Assembly (NCBI GenBank): GCA_016840465.1
Contig: JAEOSH010000003.1
Location: 60,176-92,175 of the forward strand
Length of the DNA: 32,000 bases
Direction: 5' to 3'
From: Candidatus Baldrarchaeum yapensis
GTDB taxonomy: Archaea; Asgardarchaeota; Baldrarchaeia; Baldrarchaeales; Baldrarchaeaceae
Under the pieces are notes generated by a model. It made no database searches. It saw only the letters and a list, made by a program, of their open reading frames with translations, and had not been told where the DNA came from. Position numbers and translations under genes: made by a program. Below, piece after piece: positions 17,449-24,901 of the stretch (positions within the stretch are counted from its first letter, which is position 1; each line of letters starts with the position of its first letter).

Positions 17449-18471
17449 GTGCTCCACATGTGTAAAAAGGAGAGTTTGTACAGGCTTGCAAAGGAAATAA
17501 AGGAATTCGTTGGAGTTTCTAGAAAGAGGCCAATCATAAGAGTGACTTCCGCATTAACCGATACCCTAGAATTTTCCGATGCAAAGATTATAAGAAGCTT
17601 CGGGGAGGATGCAGCAATACTCGACATAGGTAATGGAAGACTCCTCTTATTTGCGGCAGACGGAATATGGTATAAGTTGGTATCAGCGGACCCATTCTTT
17701 GCTGGATATTGCGCGGTATTGGTTAACGTGAATGATATTGTGTGTAAAGGCGGGGATCCTTTAGCGCTGGTCGATATACTCGGCGTTCCGAAGGAGTGCG
17801 ATATCGATAAAGTTGTGAGGGGAATAATACGGGGATGCAAGAAGTTTGGTGTTTCCTGCGTAGGAGGGCATTTGCACCCGGATCATCCGATCCCCGAAAT
17901 CTCCGCCGCAATCATAGGAGTTGCGGAATATAATAAGGTGATATTCAGCGATCTTGCAAGACCCGGTGACCTAATAATCATAGGGATAGATCTGGACGGG
18001 AAGTTTCATGAAAAGTTCAAATTGGCGTGGGACACAACATCGCACAAGTCTCCTAAGCAGATCAGAGATATGTTCCAAGCAATGTATATAATAGCGGACG
18101 AGGGACTAGCAACCGCAAGCAAGGATATAAGCAATCCTGGAGTCCTCGGATCTCTCGGGATGTTGCTCGAAGCAAGCCAAGTTGGCGGATACGTGTATCC
18201 TGATAAGATACCTATTCCGGAAAACGTGTCAATATATACATGGGTCAAGACGTACCCCGGATTTGGGGTTGTGCTCACATCACCCGAGGATCTTGCAAAT
18301 AAATGTGTGAAAATACTGGAAGACCATGGAATATCAGCATCCATAGTCGGAAAGGTGATCTCTGATCCTCTTCTTCTCCTAAAAAGCGATAATGAAATGG
18401 CTGAGGTCTTTAACTTCTCAAGAGACAAAATTTCGGGGAGACCTAACAGAGGGCAATTAAAACAAATTTAA
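17449..18471 (+). CDS. AIR-synthase/PurM-superfamily protein, methanogenesis marker protein 2-like
   Basis: 'SFGEDAA', 'LFAADGIW', 'DPFFAGYCAVLVNVNDI', 'GGHLHPD', 'ASKDISNPG.LG.LGMLLEAS'. The start could be ATG 17458. Confidence 0.8.
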   Translation: MLHMCKKESLYRLAKEIKEFVGVSRKRPIIRVTSALTDTLEFSDAKIIRSFGEDAAILDIGNGRLLLFAADGIWYKLVSADPFFAGYCAVLVNVNDIVCKGGDPLALVDILGVPKECDIDKVVRGIIRGCKKFGVSCVGGHLHPDHPIPEISAAIIGVAEYNKVIFSDLARPGDLIIIGIDLDGKFHEKFKLAWDTTSHKSPKQIRDMFQAMYIIADEGLATASKDISNPGVLGSLGMLLEASQVGGYVYPDKIPIPENVSIYTWVKTYPGFGVVLTSPEDLANKCVKILEDHGISASIVGKVISDPLLLLKSDNEMAEVFNFSRDKISGRPNRGQLKQI

Positions 18472-18501
18472 ATTTAAAATCATATAGATAAATTGGGCCG
18501 T

Positions 18502-18596
18502 GGGCCCGTGGCCTAGTCTGGATAGGGCGCCGGCCTCCGGTCAAATTGTTGGGAGAAAGCCGGAGGTCCCGGGTTCAAATCCCGGCGGGCCCGCCA
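18502..18596 (+). tRNA. trnR-CCG: tRNA-Arg(CCG) with a 17-nt canonical 37/38 intron (18541-18557) and encoded CCA
   Basis: Acceptor stem GGGCCCG/CGGGCCC, anticodon stem CCGGC/GCCGG, T-arm CCGGG-TTCAAAT-CCCGG. BHB: bulge GG|T, central helix CTCC/GGAG, bulge AA|A, intron hairpin CAA-ATTG-TTG. TTTAAA boxes at 18466-18478. Confidence 0.97.
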
Positions 18597-18662
18597 CGCA
18601 ATATAGAGCTCATCATCGGCCATTTAAATACTTGAACGAAGCTATGCAGATGAGGTACTTAT

Positions 18663-19499
18663 TTAAGGATATGCGAAGATCCACGTTCTAGTTCTAATAA
18701 TTCTATAACCAAGTCTCCTGTAGACCCTTATAGCGGGCTCGTTACCTACCTCTACGTGGAGGCCTGCAGGGATGCTCGAAGCCATCGCTTCCCTTGTCAA
18801 CGCTGAGGTTACGGCCTTAGCAAAACCCTTTCCTCTGTACTCTTTCCTCGTGAATACACCACCTATTACATGGATTTGTGGAAGGGTTATGTATCTCGCA
18901 GCTATAGAGGCAAGAGCATTATCGATTATTACACCATAATGGGTGTACTCTCTAATGATTTCTCTGGCCTCATCCACGCTCATCTCTGTCCCCCTTTCCA
19001 ACTCCAAGTCCCTATATAGGAGTGCATGCTCCTCCTTCAGCCTCACAGCCATCCTTTCAAGGGGACTAGGCCTGAAATTTTCTGGATCACAGATCATATC
19101 ATGGAACTCCTCGACATTAAACCTTTTAAAACCGAGACTTCTAAAGTGATCGGTAATCATTTCTATATCGCTAGAAGTGCTATTATATAGCTGTATATCC
19201 GCCATCTTACTTGGAGAGATCTTGATTTCCAATATTATGTCGCTAGTAGGATTCCATATGTGGATCTCGTAAATATCTTGAATAGTGAACCTACCACCAT
19301 GCCATATGAGGGCATAGGACTTGATGTCGTCATGCGAAGCAAGCAATAATACCTCGGTTTTATCAGGCTCACGCGTGAGGTAGTAGGTGGCGTAGCAGTG
19401 TGCTGATAAGGGGTCACTCCTACAGAGATCGCTTAGTGCGTTCATCAATCGATTTTGGGCAGAAAGTTGCAAGCCTTTAAATCTAAGTACGGTATTCAT
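18663..19499 (-). CDS. GNAT family N-acetyltransferase (C-terminal GNAT domain)
   Basis: 'IGGVFTRKEYRGKGFAKAV' acetyl-CoA binding motif A and 'NEPAIRVYRRLGY' motif B. Confidence 0.88.
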   Translation of the reverse strand: MNTVLRFKGLQLSAQNRLMNALSDLCRSDPLSAHCYATYYLTREPDKTEVLLLASHDDIKSYALIWHGGRFTIQDIYEIHIWNPTSDIILEIKISPSKMADIQLYNSTSSDIEMITDHFRSLGFKRFNVEEFHDMICDPENFRPSPLERMAVRLKEEHALLYRDLELERGTEMSVDEAREIIREYTHYGVIIDNALASIAARYITLPQIHVIGGVFTRKEYRGKGFAKAVTSALTREAMASSIPAGLHVEVGNEPAIRVYRRLGYRIIRTRTWIFAYP

Positions 19500-20005
19500 A
19501 CCGATTCACTTCCGCCAGTCTGCCTGGTCCTGCTTGCTGATGCGCTCCTAACAATTTGTAAAGCAAATCTTCGTCTTTTTACATTTTCTGCTTATTCTGC
19601 TTATTATTTTAGCAATCTTCACAAATAACTGAATTGCCTAAAGAACTTCTCATAATATTCGATGAAACTTAGTACCTCTAAACTACTTACCAGTGTATGG
19701 ACTCTTTACGGGGAGTACTGGCTTTGTATGTCAAGTCGAACCCTAATAACTTCAGTAACCATTCTCCTATCAGCTATAAGGCGTGCACTGCACATCCATT
19801 GTAGTTCATTTATAGCGGATAGGATGGCCATAGAAAATAGTGCGTTGAGAACAAGCGTCATACGCCAAATAGGTCTCTAAAATGTTTATTTTTAGTTTCG
19901 GGTTTCTAAGCTGGAAGTCCTAGGTTTAAATTCCAACAAGCTCACCGATTTGTTTAGGGAGTTTAAATAAAAGGAAAATATGAAATTTGCACTGCTAGAA
20001 AGATA

Positions 20006-20944
20006 TTAAATTTTCACCCAGATTTCTTTAATCTTTTCGAGCAGAGGTTGCGTACTTATTGCGTGTAGATGTAAGCATAACTGGGTACGAGGATTTAATC
20101 CCAAAACTAGTCCTATTAACTGGCTGAGGTGGAGAACGGGTATTTGAAAATCTATCTTCCCACTTTTGTACAGATCTCTTTGGCAAATATCAAGCCTGTA
20201 CATACACGCAGGGCACCACACGACTATCATATCTGCACCGACTCTATGGATACTTTCTAACTTCCTTATGCATATATTTTCCGATAACTCGTAATGGACT
20301 CGTGACTGTATGCCGGATCCCCCGCAACACAAGTTTTTCTCCGAGTAATCCACGACCTCGGCCCCTAAATCGCTTAATAACTCGTCTACAAATCTTGGGT
20401 TCTTGTGGTCATCGAATTTCCTGAACATCAACTCGCGACGATAATGACATCCATAATGCACTGCAACTCTCAGCCCTTCTAGCGAGAATCTCATCCGACG
20501 CAGAATTTCATCCTTAAATGCATAAAACATCTCAGGTACATGGAAGATGTCAACATCTAAGTCGTTTACATCATCGGGAGTCCGACCAATTATCTCAGCT
20601 ATCCTCCGAGCCAGATCCTCGTTATTACTTAGTTCTCGAAGAGCATGATTAAACGCAGTGTAGCATGCGTTACAAACAACAAGTACTGCCTTGCAAGCGA
20701 GACTCTTTGCTAGGAGCATATTTCGGGCGCAGAGGGAAACCATGACTTCGGGTGGCGACATATTCCAAAAGAATGTGGGAAAGCCGCAACATGTCTGGTC
20801 ATCTGACATCAGGAAGGGTATGTCGAGAAACTTGAGCACAAAGTACGTGGCCACCTCTATCCCAGGATGGGCCTGCACGCAAGGCCGGAAGAGGAAGAAG
20901 GGCACCGTCTCTCTAATAATGCTGAAGTCCCTATCATTAGACAT
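20006..20944 (-). CDS. hdrB: Heterodisulfide reductase subunit B-like, divergent (copy 2)
   Basis: RPCV, QTCCGFP, VVCNAC, AVHYGCH, LCCGGSG, WCPAC: CCG-domain cysteines are retained, but the flanking motifs differ from copy 1. Confidence 0.88.
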   Translation of the reverse strand: MSNDRDFSIIRETVPFFLFRPCVQAHPGIEVATYFVLKFLDIPFLMSDDQTCCGFPTFFWNMSPPEVMVSLCARNMLLAKSLACKAVLVVCNACYTAFNHALRELSNNEDLARRIAEIIGRTPDDVNDLDVDIFHVPEMFYAFKDEILRRMRFSLEGLRVAVHYGCHYRRELMFRKFDDHKNPRFVDELLSDLGAEVVDYSEKNLCCGGSGIQSRVHYELSENICIRKLESIHRVGADMIVVWCPACMYRLDICQRDLYKSGKIDFQIPVLHLSQLIGLVLGLNPRTQLCLHLHAISTQPLLEKIKEIWVKI

Positions 20945-21470
20945 TTCTACTCACCTTTTTCATGTATTCTAAGGCTTCTGACTTCTCAAATATGCGCTTA
21001 ACGTCTCTAAGCGCATCTTCTGAAACAGACCTTGGTGGTATACCGACCTCCCTCTGGAGATTTATCAGATTATCTGTTAGCGGAACAGAAAGCCCCGTTT
21101 CCATGATGTTTTCCGCGAATTTTATTATCTTGCTCATCTTTAATAGCGTGTTTATGTCCTGTAAGAGCACGCCAGCGTATCTGAGATTTATTATGAACAA
21201 CGCCGGGTTTATCGACCGCGGGCACTTCATCGCGCATTCAAAACACAGCAGGCAGTCCCAAATGTTCTCACGTTCAAATATATCACCTAATGAGCATAAA
21301 AGGAAACGCCCGACGATCCTTCGGATATTAAAGTTGGAAAAGCGTGCCGCTGGGCAATCGCCGACGCACATCCCACACTGGTAGCAGGTTTCTATATTGC
21401 CCGCTCTTTTTCTCAAGTCCTCCTTTATTGCCCGTTCCACGGATTCGGGGATCGTCTGCGATCCTCTCAA
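20937..21470 (-). CDS. hdrC: Heterodisulfide reductase subunit C-like (copy 2)
   Basis: CYQCGMCVGDCP and IWDCLLCFECAMKCPRSI; overlaps hdrB2 by 8 bp. Confidence 0.9.
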   Translation of the reverse strand: MRGSQTIPESVERAIKEDLRKRAGNIETCYQCGMCVGDCPAARFSNFNIRRIVGRFLLCSLGDIFERENIWDCLLCFECAMKCPRSINPALFIINLRYAGVLLQDINTLLKMSKIIKFAENIMETGLSVPLTDNLINLQREVGIPPRSVSEDALRDVKRIFEKSEALEYMKKVSRNV

Positions 21471-21650
21471 TACACTTCACACCTTAAGGGGGCGTCGTGA
21501 TATAGTTACATAACGCAATTTAAATAATATGGCATGATTGAAAGTATGCTTAGCGGAATATGAGGCGATTTGCGTGATTACTCTCGCATGTACAAAGTTT
21601 TTCGTAGGATCTCCAAGAATTTGTGAGAGAAGATTATAGGAGGTGTCCAT

Positions 21651-22046
21651 TTGTCAATTTTCAAATACTTAAAGCCAAAAATCACGTATAGGGTCATTAT
21701 AGCTAGAATGCGTCCGAAAGAGGAACGTTCCGAGTACGATAGACTCTCAAATGGATATATGGAAATTGCCGCAGTTGCATATTTTAATCCGAGTGATTAC
21801 GACTCCCTGATAGGTAAGGAGGGTGGTAATGTTAAGGTGAAGGGCAGGGGAGGGGAGGTAGTACTTAAACCGCTAAAGGACGAAAGAGTTCCCAAGAACA
21901 CAATAATCATACCGCCGGGACCTTGGGCTAATGCGTTGATCGATGAGAGTGGCCATGGCGGCATTCCTCATTTTAAGTCCTTAAATGTCGAAGTGATGGT
22001 TGTCAAAGAGCCCGTTACCAAGGTAGAAGAGATTTTAAAAAGGTGA
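21651..22046 (+). CDS. fwdD: Formylmethanofuran dehydrogenase subunit D-like (molybdopterin-dinucleotide binding domain)
   Basis: 'AYFNPSD', 'VKVKGRGGEVVL', 'IIPPGPWANAL', 'GIPHFKS'; TTG start after AGGAGGTG. Confidence 0.85.
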   Translation: MSIFKYLKPKITYRVIIARMRPKEERSEYDRLSNGYMEIAAVAYFNPSDYDSLIGKEGGNVKVKGRGGEVVLKPLKDERVPKNTIIIPPGPWANALIDESGHGGIPHFKSLNVEVMVVKEPVTKVEEILKR

Positions 22047-22050
22047 TGAT

Positions 22051-23601
22051 ATGTCATCTGGAGCGCCTGAAAAGCTTATTATAAAAGGCGGCGTGGTCGT
22101 GGATCCGATTAATGAAATTCGAGGAGATAAACTCGATATTTTCGTTTCTAATGGAAAGATTTGTGAAGAATTCGATGAAAAGAATGCAAAGATAATAGAT
22201 GCGGCTGGAAACATCGTTGTTGCCGGGGCCATCGACCCTCATGCTCATCTCATCACAACAGGATCATTTCTGAGATACTTGGTTCCTGTAGCCCGCAAAG
22301 CACCAACTTATGAAATAATAAGAGAGTATGTGAGGCTGGGATGGACGACGATATCGCTGGTCGGTCCCTCGATTCCCGAAGTACTGCATGTACACACGAT
22401 CTTACGTAATATTGGTTTCATGGATTACGCGATATTTCCCCGCATCGACAATGATCAGATGTTTCTTTCTCTTGTCAGAACGCTGGACATCGCCGGACTT
22501 GCGACCTATTTGAGCATCATCGCTAAGAACTTACAAACGCTCGGTTTTTACATGGTACCGCCTGGCATCCTAGAGGGACAGGTCGCAGGACAAGATATAA
22601 AATCCTTGAAAGAAAAAATCAGAGTGCTGGACATCTCTCCCCTCGAAGCAATTATGGCACTTTTCGATTCCATAAAGAGAATAGGGTCTTTTGTTCCGGT
22701 GCAAATAGAGGCGCCTGGACTGACAAATAGCCCCATCGAAGAATTAAAGGAGATAATTGACGTACTTGGTGATGCAAGTATATTTGTGCCTCATTTATCG
22801 TATCATCTTCTGGGAGAGGACATCAGCACTGAGGAATTGCTGAAGCTTTTCGAGGGTGGCAAAATCTTCGGGGACATCGGAGTGTGCGTAGATAGAAGTA
22901 TTTCGGTAGCGCCCATAAAAAGGGTAGATGGATACAAGAATATACGGTGGTTTGCATCTTATGCTTGTGAAATGGAATCGTTTTCCCTCTATGGTCTTTT
23001 GGACGAAGAGTTTGCAGAGAAGCAGTCTTATGAAATTCTCAAAAACGCCTTAATGCTAGCAATTAAGGGAGGTAGGAAGGATAATTTGTCAATTTCAGGA
23101 GATATTCCACTATGCTCAGAACCTAAAGACCTTGCGATATTTATGTGTTCAATTCTTAGTAAGGAGTGCAGAAAGGAGGTTATAGGTCGGCATGCCACAG
23201 ATGACCTGTCAGCATTACCGGATGTCAATCTTATAGACGTCATACAAATGACCAGGGCGTCTCCTGCTAAAGCTTTAGGAATCGTAGAGAAAAAGGGACA
23301 TTTAGGAATCGGCGCAGATGCAGATATCGTAATCTATGACTTTGACATAGAGAGGCAGGACCCGTCGAGAGACTGGAAGGCATTCATGAAAGCGCTCCTG
23401 AAGCCGAAATATGTCATAAAGAGTGGTCAAGTAGTAGTGGTGGACGGCGAAATTACGAGTTCCGCCAATTCTTCTCCCATAATTGGCCGGGCAAAAGATA
23501 TCGACCAAAAAGAGTTCGAAGAATTTATTAACAGAGTGAGGAGAACCACAGGCCTTTACTACTCTTGCGTCGTTGAGAATAGATACAGAAGTGTCATGTG
23601 A
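22051..23601 (+). CDS. fwdA: Formylmethanofuran dehydrogenase subunit A-like amidohydrolase-fold protein with a degenerate metal site
   Basis: FwdA-like ends ('IIKGGVVVDPIN...DIFVSNGKI', 'IIDAAGNIVVAGAIDPHAH', 'TRASPAKALG...KGHLGIGADADIVIYD', 'YVIKSGQVVVVDGEI'); the core is strongly diverged. Confidence 0.8.
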   Translation: MSSGAPEKLIIKGGVVVDPINEIRGDKLDIFVSNGKICEEFDEKNAKIIDAAGNIVVAGAIDPHAHLITTGSFLRYLVPVARKAPTYEIIREYVRLGWTTISLVGPSIPEVLHVHTILRNIGFMDYAIFPRIDNDQMFLSLVRTLDIAGLATYLSIIAKNLQTLGFYMVPPGILEGQVAGQDIKSLKEKIRVLDISPLEAIMALFDSIKRIGSFVPVQIEAPGLTNSPIEELKEIIDVLGDASIFVPHLSYHLLGEDISTEELLKLFEGGKIFGDIGVCVDRSISVAPIKRVDGYKNIRWFASYACEMESFSLYGLLDEEFAEKQSYEILKNALMLAIKGGRKDNLSISGDIPLCSEPKDLAIFMCSILSKECRKEVIGRHATDDLSALPDVNLIDVIQMTRASPAKALGIVEKKGHLGIGADADIVIYDFDIERQDPSRDWKAFMKALLKPKYVIKSGQVVVVDGEITSSANSSPIIGRAKDIDQKEFEEFINRVRRTTGLYYSCVVENRYRSVM

Positions 23602-24901
23602 GTTTTTTGAATTTCCCCCGCTCTATAAGTCTTCTTATTCCTATTTTCGATATCTCGTCCTCTAGACGCTTTAACCTCTGTTGTAACTCGTCTTTGACAT
23701 CTTCAGGTACACTTGGAACTTCTCGTAACTCTTCCGCTGGAATTCTCTCCTCAATTTCAATTTTCGCATACCGCTGATGCTTTGGTGTTTCACGATTGAT
23801 AGTTGCATCTATTATTGCTCTTTTCCTAGACCCTGCCCACAGAGATGGAACCTCCGGATCAATAATGTTCACCGATGTTATCTCGACTTTAATTATATTT
23901 TCCGGGCATGCTCTCTCACAAGACCCGCAGAATATGCATAGACTCTCATTAACGGCTATCTTGCCTTCCCTTTCTGGGTCCTTTGGAATATACCAGCAAT
24001 TTACGGGACATATGTTTATACAGGCCTTACAACCAAGCGGATCGCACTTCTCTATATGGAAAAGCTTTATCTTTCCCTCGAAGCGCTTTTTTACCTCAAT
24101 GGCGTTTCTGGGACAAGTATTGGTACACCATCCGCAGTAAATGCAGTTTTCCTCGTTTATAACCACGTCTCCCGTGATGCGTGGTATTTCTATTTCTCTT
24201 TCAACTGGTGTTATGCACTTCACCTCTATTGCCTCATCAGGACAAATCTCTGCACAGAGGCCACAAAAATCACATTTCTCCAAGTTCACACTTATTGAGG
24301 AGGCAAAAGTGAGATCTGAGGGATCCGGCTTTTTCCACTCAATTACTATTGCATCGCACAATTCTGCACAAATACCACAAAATGTGCACTTTTCTTCGTT
24401 TATTTTTATTTCACCTTCGATTTTTTCGGGCATCTTCTTATATCTTACCAGATCTTCCTTCTTTTTAAGTTGAATTCTGACCTCTATACACCTCGTTGGG
24501 CAAATAGTCTCGCAAATCCTACAAGGAATGCACTTCTCTTTATCAATTCTTATACTTCCTACAATCCTCGGATACTCTTTCAGTGTCTCGATTCTCTGAC
24601 CATTTATTTCGAAAATTATCGCATTGATAGGACAGATTTCGGCACAAAGACCGCAAAACTGACATTTATCTTGATCAAAGGTTATTTTCGCAAATTTTCC
24701 ATCCATTTTCCCTGTAGCTATCTGGGGTATCGGTCCAAGAGAAATAGCACCCGTTGGGCATACCTCTACACATAATCCACATCCGACACACGTGTCCGTA
24801 TTGTAAATTAGCCTTTTCTTATAATTACGCCCAATCCACGTAACTATCATTTCGTTCTCCGTGAAGTCCAATAATATTTGGGGAGAAAACTCATCCGGCA
24901 C
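23594..24901 (-). CDS. fwdF: FwdF-like polyferredoxin, 8x[4Fe-4S]
   Basis: Eight ferredoxin-type motifs: CVGCGLC, CQFCGLC, CIPCRIC, CTFCGIC, CDFCGLC, CIYCGWC, CDPLGCKAC, CIFCGSC. Overlaps the end of hdrA-mvhD by 11 bp. Confidence 0.85.
   Translation of the reverse strand: MPDEFSPQILLDFTENEMIVTWIGRNYKKRLIYNTDTCVGCGLCVEVCPTGAISLGPIPQIATGKMDGKFAKITFDQDKCQFCGLCAEICPINAIIFEINGQRIETLKEYPRIVGSIRIDKEKCIPCRICETICPTRCIEVRIQLKKKEDLVRYKKMPEKIEGEIKINEEKCTFCGICAELCDAIVIEWKKPDPSDLTFASSISVNLEKCDFCGLCAEICPDEAIEVKCITPVEREIEIPRITGDVVINEENCIYCGWCTNTCPRNAIEVKKRFEGKIKLFHIEKCDPLGCKACINICPVNCWYIPKDPEREGKIAVNESLCIFCGSCERACPENIIKVEITSVNIIDPEVPSLWAGSRKRAIIDATINRETPKHQRYAKIEIEERIPAEELREVPSVPEDVKDELQQRLKRLEDEISKIGIRRLIERGKFKKLT

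Noticed and set aside
18500-18691. 63-aa ORF on the plus strand
   Set aside because: It overlaps the tRNA gene entirely and is spurious.
18560-20005. Integrated element using tRNA-Arg as attB
   Set aside because: I found no duplicate of the tRNA 3' end and no integrase or transposase in the window.
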